Source: an uncultured Actinomycetes bacterium
GTDB lineage: Bacteria; Actinomycetota; Actinomycetes; S36-B12; CAIYMF01
Direction: 5' to 3'
Assembly: GCA_963843975.1 (NCBI GenBank)
Contig: CAWJMG010000001.1
Coordinates: 1,230,001 to 1,262,000 of the forward strand
Length of the DNA stretch: 32,000 nt
Shown: positions 16,950 through 24,843 of the stretch, one piece after another
Layout: each line of letters begins with the position of its first letter
How positions within the stretch are numbered: position 1 is the first letter of the stretch
Notes under the pieces: model-generated
Told to the model about the DNA's origin: nothing
The model's input: the letters and a program-made list of their open reading frames with translations, nothing else
Database searches by the model: none
Program-made: the position numbers and the translations under genes

Positions 16950-17027
16950 CGAACTTCTGAATTCTTCCCTGAGGGAAGCAACCTGCAGTTCAGCTGCACG
17001 GATCCCGCCCAGAGTCGTGATCTTGGT
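16950..17027. repeat. ~78-bp structured repeat, left copy of an inverted pair
   Basis: CGAACTTCTGAATTCTTCCCTGAGGGAAGCAACCTGCAGTTCAGCTGCACGGATCCCGCCCAGAGTCGTGATCTTGGT. Its reverse complement matches 18493-18570 at roughly 85% by hand alignment. Internal mini-palindromes are CTTCCCTGAGGGAAG and GCAGTTCAGCTGC. Confidence 0.8.
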
Positions 17028-17049
17028 GCGTGGGACGGCGTACGCCGGC

Positions 17050-18426
17050 TCAGTCGGCGAGCAGGGCGCCGGGGTTGAAAAGGCCGTGCGGGTCGAGCGC
17101 CGACTTGAGCGAGCGCATCATCGCGAGCTCGGCCGGCGTACGGGACAGGTGGAGGTACGCCGCCTTCGCGCGGCCCACGCCGTGCTCCGCCGAGATAGAG
17201 CCGCCGTGGTCGGCCACGCACTGCAGCACCACGGCGTCCGCCCGCTCGTCGGCGGCGTCCGGCCCGATGACCTCGACGTGCAGGTTGCCGTCGTACAGGT
17301 GCCCGAACGCGTACACGTGCGAGACGTCGGGGACGTCGCGCAGCCGGCGTACCGCGTCGGCCACGAACGCGTCCCAGTCCGGGCGCGGCACGGTGACGTC
17401 GAAGCGGTGGGCGACGTACCGAGCGGTGACGGCCTCGCCGGCGGCCTCGCGGTAGCTCCAGAACCGCGCCTTGTGGGCGGCGTCGACCGCGACGACGACG
17501 TCGAGGCCGTCGGGCAGGTCCATCGCGACCTCGCCGGGCGCCGCGCTCTCGGTCTCGAGCACGAGCATGTGCGCGGCCGGCCCGGCCAGCGGCCACGGAA
17601 GGCCGGTGTGCTCGCAGATCAGGCGCAGCAGCGGCTCGTCGACGATCTCGGCCGCGAGCAGGCGGCTGCCGGGCGGCACTGCGCCGGCCACGATCTCCAG
17701 CGCGTGGGCGGCGTCCCGGACTCCGATGAGCGCGACCGCGCTCGCCCGCGGCGGACGGTGCAGGCCCAGGCGCGCGGCGGTGACGACGCCGAGCGTGCCC
17801 TCGCTGCCGACCATGAGGCCCGCGATGTCGTAACCGGTGTTGTCCTTCTCGAAGCCCGCCAGGTGGCTGACGACGCTCCCATCGGGCAGCACCGCCTCGA
17901 CGCCGAGCACCTGGCGGCGCGTCATGCCGTAGCAGCAGACGCGGATGCCGCCGGCGTTCGTGCCGATCGTGCCGCCGATGGTGGCGCTGTCACGTGCGGC
18001 GAGGTCGACGCCGTACGCCCACCCGGCGCTGCGCGCGTGCTCGTGCAGCGCGGCGAGGGTGACACCGGCGCCGACCGTGACCTGGCCGGCGGACTGGTCG
18101 ACGTCGTCGAGCCGCGTCAGGCGGCGGGTCGAGAGAACGACGCACGCGGGCCCGTCGTGCCCCGGCACCGAGCCGCCGACGAGGCCGGTGTTGCCGCCCT
18201 GGGGGAGCACCGGCACGCGGGCATCGCTGCAGGCCCGCACGACCGCCGCGACCTCGTCGGTGGACGCCGGCCGTACGACCGCGAGCACCGGGCCGCGGAA
18301 CCGGCGCGACCAGTCCTCGCCGTACGACGCGGTGACGTCCGGATCGGTGAGGACGTGGCCCACGCCGACTGCTGCGACAAGCACGTCGCGCAGCGCGGGG
18401 GCCAGGGCGGAGGTCACGGCGTACAT
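17050..18426 (-). CDS. FAD-binding oxidoreductase (GlcD / D-lactate dehydrogenase-like)
   Basis: 458 aa. N-terminal FAD_binding_4 (VLPQGGNTGLVGGSVP) and C-terminal FAD-oxidase domain (GGSISAEHGVGRAKA...ELAMMRSLKSALDPHGLFNPG). Confidence 0.9.
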   Translation of the reverse strand: MYAVTSALAPALRDVLVAAVGVGHVLTDPDVTASYGEDWSRRFRGPVLAVVRPASTDEVAAVVRACSDARVPVLPQGGNTGLVGGSVPGHDGPACVVLSTRRLTRLDDVDQSAGQVTVGAGVTLAALHEHARSAGWAYGVDLAARDSATIGGTIGTNAGGIRVCCYGMTRRQVLGVEAVLPDGSVVSHLAGFEKDNTGYDIAGLMVGSEGTLGVVTAARLGLHRPPRASAVALIGVRDAAHALEIVAGAVPPGSRLLAAEIVDEPLLRLICEHTGLPWPLAGPAAHMLVLETESAAPGEVAMDLPDGLDVVVAVDAAHKARFWSYREAAGEAVTARYVAHRFDVTVPRPDWDAFVADAVRRLRDVPDVSHVYAFGHLYDGNLHVEVIGPDAADERADAVVLQCVADHGGSISAEHGVGRAKAAYLHLSRTPAELAMMRSLKSALDPHGLFNPGALLAD

Positions 18427-18492
18427 CTTCGCGCGGTACGCCGGCGGGCGCGGGTCCAGGGCCGCACGAGAGCCGATGCGCCGACTCGGCCG

Positions 18493-18570
18493 ACCAAGAT
18501 CACGAGTCTGGGTAGGGATCGTGCAGTTGAACTGCCGGTTGCTTCCCTTAGGGAAGAAGGGTGAAGCTCG
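18493..18570. repeat. ~78-bp structured repeat, right copy of an inverted pair
   Basis: ACCAAGATCACGAGTCTGGGTAGGGATCGTGCAGTTGAACTGCCGGTTGCTTCCCTTAGGGAAGAAGGGTGAAGCTCG is the reverse complement of the 16950-17027 element, with a few substitutions and 1-nt indels. Confidence 0.8.
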
Positions 18571-18574
18571 GGGG

Positions 18575-19468
18575 CTATTTGAGGAGCTTGCTGAGGCGGC
18601 GGTCGGCTAGGGGCTTGCCGCCGGTCTGGCAGGTGGCGCAGTACTGCAGGGACGAGTCGGCGAAGCTCACCGAGCGGACGACGTCGCCGCAGACCGGGCA
18701 GGGCTGGCCGTCGCGGCCGTGCACGCGCATGCCGAGCTTCTTCTCGGCCTTGAGGTCGCCAGCACCGAGGCCCTCGGACCGCGTCACCGCGTCGGTGAGC
18801 ACGTCGTGGATGCACTGGTGCAGCGTCGCGATCTCCTCGCCGGACAGGTTGTTCGCCGCCTTGAACGGCGACAGCCGCGCCGCGTGCAGGATGTCGTCGC
18901 TGTAGGCGTTGCCGATGCCCGCGATGATCGTCTGGCTGCGCAGCACGCCCTTGAGCTGCTTGCCGCCGGCCTCGCGCAGGATCTCCGCGAGCGCGTCGAC
19001 GGTGAACGCGTCGTCGAGCGGCTCGGGCCCGAGGCGCTCGATCCCCTCGAGCGCCGCCGGGTCGCGCGTCACGTACACCGCGAGCCGCTTCTGCGTGCCG
19101 GCCTCGGTGAGGTCGAAGCCGCCCGCGGCGACGCCGTCGTCGTCGACGAACACCACGCGGAACGCGAGCGGGCCCTTGCCCGGCTTCGGCGGCACCGACG
19201 AGATCTCCTTGCGCCAGTGCAGCCATCCGGCCCGGGCGAGGTGGGTGACGAGGTGGATGAGCTCGCCCTCCTCGTCGACCATCGTGATGTCGAGGAACTT
19301 GCCGCGGCGCGAGGCGTCGAGCACCCGGGCGCCGACGAGCGCCGTGACCGGCGGGTCGAAGGTCTTCAGCGCGCTGATCGCCGCGAGCTCGACGCGTGAC
19401 ACGCGCATCCCCGTCGCGGTCCGGCGCAGGTACGCCGCCAGCGACTCCACCTCGGGCAGCTCGGGCAT
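18575..19468 (-). CDS. Fpg/Nei family DNA glycosylase / AP lyase
   Basis: MPELPEVE N-terminus (catalytic Pro2/Glu3), an H2TH region (QTIIAGIGNAYSDDILHAARL), and a C-terminal zinc finger (CPVCG...YCATCQ). The upstream in-frame extension of the ORF was discarded. Confidence 0.9.
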   Translation of the reverse strand: MPELPEVESLAAYLRRTATGMRVSRVELAAISALKTFDPPVTALVGARVLDASRRGKFLDITMVDEEGELIHLVTHLARAGWLHWRKEISSVPPKPGKGPLAFRVVFVDDDGVAAGGFDLTEAGTQKRLAVYVTRDPAALEGIERLGPEPLDDAFTVDALAEILREAGGKQLKGVLRSQTIIAGIGNAYSDDILHAARLSPFKAANNLSGEEIATLHQCIHDVLTDAVTRSEGLGAGDLKAEKKLGMRVHGRDGQPCPVCGDVVRSVSFADSSLQYCATCQTGGKPLADRRLSKLLK

Positions 19469-19748
19469 GCCGACGAGCCTGCCACGACCGCACGCGCCGC
19501 GTCGCCCGGTTGGCGACCTCGCGCGCCGCGGCGCCGTACGTCGGACCACGGGAGTGCACCGCTCGCCGACCCCCGCGCGAGGTGCGCGAAACCCACCGGA
19601 TCGAACGCGAGTCCGGTGAGCTTCGCGCACCTCGTGGGCACCACTGCCGGGTCGATGCACCGGCGAGACCCAGGTGCGCACCGCGGCGTACAGCGGGATC
19701 CGGCGGGGGGTACGAGCGGGCGAACCGACGTGACGCACACTGGTACGC

Positions 19749-20123
19749 ATGAGCGACGAGCCCGCGATCGACGCGGTCCTGCCCGGACGCATCGGGATGC
19801 TGGTGCGCATCCCGACGCTGCCCGGAATGCGGGCCGCAGCGCTCGACGCGCTCAACCGCTACATCGACGACCTCGACCAGGAGCCGGGCACCGAGGCGTT
19901 CCTCGTGTGCGTCGACCCGGGCGACTCCGACGTCGTGTGGCTCTACGAGTGGTTCCGCGACGAGCAGGCGGTCGAGGCGCACCGCAGCGCACCGCTCTTC
20001 GGCCGCCTCATGAACGAGCTGCCCGGCCTCGTCGGCGAGAGCCCCGGCATCATGCGGATCGACCCGCTGCGCCTGCGCATGTCGAACGCCGTGAGCACCA
20101 GCACCTTCGGCGACCTCGCCTAG
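19749..20123 (+). CDS. Antibiotic biosynthesis monooxygenase (ABM) domain protein
   Basis: 124 aa. The segment VWLYEWFRDEQAVEAHRSAPLF is a typical ABM ferredoxin-like fold signature. Confidence 0.7.
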   Translation: MSDEPAIDAVLPGRIGMLVRIPTLPGMRAAALDALNRYIDDLDQEPGTEAFLVCVDPGDSDVVWLYEWFRDEQAVEAHRSAPLFGRLMNELPGLVGESPGIMRIDPLRLRMSNAVSTSTFGDLA

Positions 20124-20154
20124 GGCTGAGCGCCGTACGCCGCGTCGCGGGTCG

Positions 20155-20616
20155 TCAGTGCTGCGAGCGGCGGATGAACCGGAGCCCGAGGATCGGCAGG
20201 ACGAGCGGGATGAACAGGTAGTCGCGGCCGAACCAGTACCAGACGCTCGAGACCGCCTTGCCCGTCTCGGGGTTCAGGAACAGGTCCTTGCGCACGATGC
20301 TCAGCGTTCCGACGACGAGGACGCCGACCAGCTCGATCCACATGCCCGCCTGCGCGATCGAGCGTGCGCGCGGAGTGCCGCGCACGAGGCAGATCGTGAT
20401 GACGACGTAGATGACCGCAGCGGTCAGCGACAGCGCGTACGACACGGGCGCTGCGGAGAACTTGGTCGCGACCTCGTACAGGGACCGGACGGTGGCGCCG
20501 ATCGCGAGGACGGCGTACACCGCGACGAGCAGGCGGCCCGGGCCGTGGCTCGTGCCGGTCTGCGGTGCCTCGGGGTCGGTCGCGGCGGAGTCGTCCGCGG
20601 GCAGCGGGGGGGTCAT
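20155..20616 (-). CDS. Hypothetical multi-pass membrane protein
   Basis: ATG at 20616 (MTPPLPADD...) gives 153 aa with about 4 hydrophobic helices. Its start overlaps the upstream gene's stop (ATGA). Confidence 0.6.
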   Translation of the reverse strand: MTPPLPADDSAATDPEAPQTGTSHGPGRLLVAVYAVLAIGATVRSLYEVATKFSAAPVSYALSLTAAVIYVVITICLVRGTPRARSIAQAGMWIELVGVLVVGTLSIVRKDLFLNPETGKAVSSVWYWFGRDYLFIPLVLPILGLRFIRRSQH

Positions 20617-21011
20617 GTGGGGGGAACTCCTCCGGTCCAGACCTGCTGCACGCGCAGCACCAGCACGATCAGCACGAGGCACGCGACGGCGACGACACCG
20701 CTGCCCCAGCGCCCCGGCTCGCCCTTGCCCCACCACGCCATCGCGGGCGGGATAGCGAGGCACGCGATCAGGTAGAAGAAGAAGACGACCGGCTCGCCCG
20801 GGGCATCGCCGCCGATCCAGGCGACCACGCACCAGACGGCGATGACGACCAGCACGACCTCGAGCACGGCGATCGCGATGAACGCCCAGCGGGGCGTGCT
20901 CTTGTCGCGTACGGCGAGGAAGCCGAGCGCCGCCGCGAGCAGCAGCGCGCCGACGATGAGCACCGTCGTCGCGGGTGCCGCCGGGAAGGCCGAGGCGAGC
21001 TGGGAGGTCAC
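20613..21011 (-). CDS. Hypothetical multi-pass membrane protein
   Basis: GTG at 21011 (VTSQLASAFPAAP...) gives 132 aa with about 4 hydrophobic helices. It is translationally coupled to 20155..20616. Confidence 0.55.
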   Translation of the reverse strand: MTSQLASAFPAAPATTVLIVGALLLAAALGFLAVRDKSTPRWAFIAIAVLEVVLVVIAVWCVVAWIGGDAPGEPVVFFFYLIACLAIPPAMAWWGKGEPGRWGSGVVAVACLVLIVLVLRVQQVWTGGVPPT

Positions 21012-21071
21012 GGGCTGATTCTGTCGCCCACTGCCGCCGCACGCCCACCGGGTGCCCGCCCGGCCCCGTCG

Positions 21072-21089
21072 CACTGACGAATCCGTCGG
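21072..21089. repeat. Left arm of palindromic element copy 3 (separated from its partner by the IS)
   Basis: CACTGACGAATCCGTCGG, compared with the arm consensus CACTGATCAATCCGTCGT. It is preceded by the same kind of C-rich flank. Confidence 0.6.
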
Positions 21090-22190
21090 CGGTCTCAAGC
21101 GGCTGTTGCACCGAGGACCTCGGTGAGGGCCTCGCGGGGAGTCTTCCAGTCCAGGGTCATGCGCGGTCGGGTGTTGAGGCTGAGGGCGACGGCGTCGCAG
21201 TCGGCCTGGGTCAGTCCGCGCATGTCGGCGCCCTTGGGCCAGTACTGACGCAGCAGCCCGTTGGTGTTCTCGTTGCTGCCTCGTTGCCAGGGTGAGTGCG
21301 GGTCGGCGAAGTAGATGTCGATGTCCGCTTCGATGGCGATCGCCGCGTGCTGGGCCATCTCCTTGCCCCGGTCCCAGGTCAGGGTCTTGCGGATCTGGTC
21401 GGGCAGTGAGGCGATCAACGGGGTGAGGACCTCTTGGAGGTCGATCGCCTTGTGGGTGTCGGGCAGCGGAGCGAGCAGCACGAACCTGGTCGACCGCTCG
21501 ACCAGAGTGATCACAGCGCCCTTGCCGATCCCGCCCATCAGCAGGTCGCCCTCCCAATGGCCCGGAACGGCACGGTCAGCGGCCTCAGCCGGCCGAGCGC
21601 TGATCGGGATGGTGCCGACCAGCTTGCCGCGGGTCTCCTTACGTCCCTGCGGCTTGCGGCTGGTCCGCCCGGTGCGCAGATGCTTGGCCAGCTCGCGGCG
21701 AAGCTCGCCGCGAGCCTGCACGAACAGTGACCGATAGATCGTCTCGTGGCTCACCCTCATACCGTCCTGGTCGGGATAGAGCTCGGGCAACCGCTGGGCA
21801 ATCTGCTGCGGGGACCAGTTCGCCTGAAGCAGCCCCGACACCACCAGCCCCAGGTCCCCGGCGAGCTTGAAACCCTTCGGCCGCCGAGCCGACTCCGTGG
21901 CCCGGGCCTGAGCGACCCAGGCGTGATAGACCGCAGAGCGTCCTCGGGTCCCGCGGCGCGCCGACCCCGCCGGATGCTTGGGCCTGCGATTGGGGCGCGA
22001 CCCAGAGCCTTGCGACAACTCACGCGCCACGGTGGTGCGGTGCTTGCCCACCAGTTCGGCGATCTGCGGCACAGACAACCCCTGCCGCATGGCCCGCTCG
22101 ATCACCCCACGGTCGTGCTCGGTCAACCTCGCTCCAGGCATCCCAACCTCCAAGCTGCACAAGACCACGTGCAACTACCAGTTGAGAACG
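21090..22190 (-). mobile_element. IS30-family insertion sequence (~1.1 kb), apparently intact
   Basis: The terminal inverted repeats are CGGTCTCAAGCGGCTGTTGCAC (21090-21111) and GTGCAACTACCAGTTGAGAACG (22169-22190), matching 17/22. There is a single transposase ORF whose stop lies inside the IR. The element is flanked by CCGTCGG / CCGTCGT. Confidence 0.8.
21095..22141 (-). CDS. IS30 family transposase
   Basis: MPGARLTEHDRGVIERAMRQGLSVPQIAELVGKHRTTVAREL is the HTH. DDE region: GHWEGDLLMG, TLTWDRGKEM, and SNENTNGLLRQYWPKG. RBS GGAGG is upstream. Confidence 0.92.
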   Translation of the reverse strand: MPGARLTEHDRGVIERAMRQGLSVPQIAELVGKHRTTVARELSQGSGSRPNRRPKHPAGSARRGTRGRSAVYHAWVAQARATESARRPKGFKLAGDLGLVVSGLLQANWSPQQIAQRLPELYPDQDGMRVSHETIYRSLFVQARGELRRELAKHLRTGRTSRKPQGRKETRGKLVGTIPISARPAEAADRAVPGHWEGDLLMGGIGKGAVITLVERSTRFVLLAPLPDTHKAIDLQEVLTPLIASLPDQIRKTLTWDRGKEMAQHAAIAIEADIDIYFADPHSPWQRGSNENTNGLLRQYWPKGADMRGLTQADCDAVALSLNTRPRMTLDWKTPREALTEVLGATAA

Positions 22191-22231
22191 CCGTCGTTTC
22201 CTGGGTCCGGAAACGACGGTTTGATCAGTGC
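22191..22231. repeat. Right portion of palindromic element copy 3
   Basis: CCGTCGTTTCCTGGGTCCGGAAACGACGGTTTGATCAGTGC. This carries the inner part of the left arm, the loop and the full right arm. The G-rich flank runs up to the DinB stop. Confidence 0.65.
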
Positions 22232-22246
22232 GAGCTACAGGGGTGG

Positions 22247-22717
22247 TCAGGCGAGGGCCGCGCGGATCTGGGCGGCGTGCGCCTCGGCGTGGTCGGCGTA
22301 GATCTCGAGCCAGTCGGTGAGCGAGTACGTGCCGCTGTCGGAGTGGACGCCGGTGCGCGCGAGGTCGGAGTCGCCGATCGTGCCGAGCAGCTCCGAGCTC
22401 GACGCGCGGACTGCGCGGAACACCGCGAGCGAGGCGTCGATCGGCCGGTCGTAGTGCAGCACCGTGGCCCAGTGCGCCTCGTCGTACCCCTGGATCGTCG
22501 TCGGCGACGGCTCGGCCAGCAGGCGGCGCAGGCGGACGTAGGAGTTGGTCTCGCTGTCGGCGAGGTGGTGCACGACCTGGCGCGCGCACCAGTCGTCAGC
22601 CGCAGGGCCGCGGCGGTCGAGGTCGGCGTCGGTGGCGCCCGCGAGCGCGGCCTCCACGAGCGCGACCCCCGAGCGGTAGCGGGCGACGAGGGCGAGGGCG
22701 GCGGGATCGGTGAGCAT
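22247..22717 (-). CDS. DinB family (DinB_2) metal-dependent protein
   Basis: MLTDPAALALVARY...WCARQVVHHLADSE...DWLEIYADHAEAHAAQI shows the four-helix-bundle His motifs of the DinB superfamily. Confidence 0.75.
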   Translation of the reverse strand: MLTDPAALALVARYRSGVALVEAALAGATDADLDRRGPAADDWCARQVVHHLADSETNSYVRLRRLLAEPSPTTIQGYDEAHWATVLHYDRPIDASLAVFRAVRASSSELLGTIGDSDLARTGVHSDSGTYSLTDWLEIYADHAEAHAAQIRAALA

Positions 22718-22802
22718 GCACCGATCGTGGCGGTCCGGCGTACGACGGGCCACGGGGATTGCCGCCGTACGTCGCAGACATCGCGCCGGAGGGCGCCGCG
22801 GA

Positions 22803-23684
22803 TCAGGCGCCGAGGGCGAGGAGGGCGCTGGCGAGCAGGGCAGTGGCCATGCCGAGCTTCTGCAGCGGACGCAGGCGCTCGGCGAGGACGAAGCGCGCGA
22901 GGAGCACGGTGGCGGCCGGGTAGAGCGAGCCGAGCACGGCCACGATCGACAGCAGCCCGAGGGGGAGTGCGAGCACGTAGAACGCGTTGGCGGCCACGTC
23001 GAGGGCGCCGGCGAGCACCGCGAGCCAGATCACGGGGGCGGAGTCGGGCGTCATGCGCTCGCCGCGACGGACGAAGGCCACGACGGCGATCGCGCCGATG
23101 ACCACGATCGACATCCCGCGCGACCAGACGATCGGCCAGACACCGGCGTCGTCGGGTGCGAACGACACCATGGCGAAGAACATGCCGATGCCGACGCCGG
23201 CACCGATCGCGAGCAGCAGCGCGCGGCGGGTGACGCGCTGGTGGCGCGCATCGTCGGTGGGTGCCTGCGGCTCGAGGCCGACGGTCACGATCGCCACGAC
23301 GGCGAGCGCCATGCCGACGTACGCGATGGCGGCCGGCCGCTCGCCGCGCAGGAGTCCGACGATCACGGGGATCGCGGCGCCGAGCACGGCCGAGACGGGG
23401 GAGAGCACGCCCATCGGCCCGATGGTGAGGGCGGCGTACAGCAGGAGGATGCCGACCGAGCCGAAGACTCCTGCGGCAAGGCCCGGGAGGGCGCTGCCCA
23501 TCGCGTCGCCGCCGATGAGGAGCGCGACGGGCAGGATCATCAGCCAGCCCACGGGGGTGGTGATGACGAGCACCTGCAGCGCTGTGGCCCGACGCGAGGC
23601 CAGCCCGCCCACGAAGTCACCGACTCCCCAGAGCACGCTCGAGATCAGTGCGAGGACGACGGCCACCGCCGTAGTCCAGCACAA
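22803..23684 (-). CDS. EamA/DMT family transporter
   Basis: 293 aa and about 10 TM helices. The N-terminal LISSVLWGVGDFVGG and the two-repeat architecture are typical of EamA. Confidence 0.85.
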   Translation of the reverse strand: MCWTTAVAVVLALISSVLWGVGDFVGGLASRRATALQVLVITTPVGWLMILPVALLIGGDAMGSALPGLAAGVFGSVGILLLYAALTIGPMGVLSPVSAVLGAAIPVIVGLLRGERPAAIAYVGMALAVVAIVTVGLEPQAPTDDARHQRVTRRALLLAIGAGVGIGMFFAMVSFAPDDAGVWPIVWSRGMSIVVIGAIAVVAFVRRGERMTPDSAPVIWLAVLAGALDVAANAFYVLALPLGLLSIVAVLGSLYPAATVLLARFVLAERLRPLQKLGMATALLASALLALGA

Positions 23685-23834
23685 CCGACGCCAATCGCCC
23701 TACGCCGTTCCGTCCGGTCGCCGAGGCCCGGCCATCCCTGACGGCGATCCGATCGACGACGACGTGGGCGGCACGAGGTTTCGATCGAGGCAACGACGGC
23801 GCCGTTCCCGGCGAACCCGCTTACCGTGGCGGGT

Positions 23835-24714
23835 ATGCGGAGTCGGGTGCTGGGCGCGGCGGTCGCGGCCGGCGCGGCCGTGGCGCTGCTCGCTGGGTGT
23901 GCGGGGTCGGGCGGAGCCGGCAGTGCGACGTACTCCGGCGACAAGGGCGCGCCTCCGCCCGCGCCGAACCTCAGCGGCACGCTGCAGCAGTACCGCGAGG
24001 ACGAGGTCACGCACTCGCTCAAGATCGAGCTCAAGAACGCCGGCACCACCACGGTCCGCGTGAGCTCGCTGGCCGTCTCGTGGCCGGGGCTGTCGGGCAC
24101 CGACCCGGCGCAGGTCGACTACGACGTGCCGCCCGGCGTCACGGTGGCGCTCAAGGTGCCGTACGGCGACGCCGTCTGCACCTCGCCCACGCGTCCCACC
24201 GATCCGGTGCAGGCCGAGGTCGTCACACCCGACTCGCAGCTCGAGATCCCGCTCGCGGCGTCCGACCTCCTGCTCGAGAAGCTGTGGGACCAGGACTGCG
24301 CCCGCCAGCGCCTGCTCGACGCCGTCGGCGTCGACTTCGGCAGCATGTGGACGCCGGTGACGGTCGACGGCGCTCCCGTGCTGCGCGGCACGCTCGTGCT
24401 CACCCGCGGCAGCAGCACCGGCGCGATCGACGTCGTCGACCTCGACGGCAGCGTGCTCCTCACCCTCGACGCGACACCGCCCGCGCCGAAGCCGCTGCTC
24501 ACGATGCCCGCGTCGGCCCCGACCGCCGAGCTTCTCGATCGACGTCGGCTCCACCCTCCGCTGCGACGGCCACTCGCTCGGCGAGAGCAAGAAGACGTAC
24601 GTGTTCGACGTCGGGCTCGACCTCGGCGACGGCCGCGTCGACCTCACCCTGCAGCCGCCGGACGATGTGAAGAAGCAGATGTACGACGTCATCAAGAAGG
24701 CCTGCGGCGTCTAG
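23835..24714 (+). pseudogene. Lipoprotein gene with an apparent +1 frameshift near 24531
   Basis: The lipobox is VALLAGC. The coding signal (G/C at the third position) leaves the annotated frame after ...MPASAPTAE. It continues in the +1 frame as FSIDVGSTLRCDGHSLGESKKTYVFDVGLDLGDGRVDLTLQPPDDVKKQMYDVIKKACGV, ending at TAG 24712-24714. The original frame becomes Arg/Pro junk. Confidence 0.6.
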
Positions 24715-24736
24715 CCCTCCCACCACCCACCCGGTG

Positions 24737-24789
24737 ACACTGATCAATCCGTCGTCTCCCGCGTGGGGAAACGACGGATCGATCAGTGT
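24737..24789. repeat. Long palindromic intergenic element, copy 2
   Basis: ACACTGATCAATCCGTCGTCTCCCGC is identical over 26 nt to copy 1. The right arm is GGGAAACGACGGATCGATCAGTGT. The loop is 5 nt, with C-rich and G-rich flanks. Confidence 0.85.
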
Positions 24790-24843
24790 GAGCGTGGGGG
24801 GCGTCGGCGGGGTAGCGTCGCCGCAGCCGAGGAGGAGCCAGCC

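Noticed and set aside
19469-19855. Long N-terminal extensions of several ORFs. Examples are fpg 18575..19855, membrane protein 20155..21111, GNAT 1478..2674 and SEC-C 14820..15833.
   Set aside because: The extensions are compositionally non-coding and overlap neighbouring genes or repeats. Canonical N-termini with RBS-like sequences exist internally, for example MPELPEV for Fpg/Nei.
24525-24540. Programmed ribosomal frameshift in the lipoprotein gene.
   Set aside because: There is no slippery heptamer, no in-frame rare or stop codon, and no downstream stimulatory structure at the shift site. A simple indel (mutation or assembly error) is more likely.
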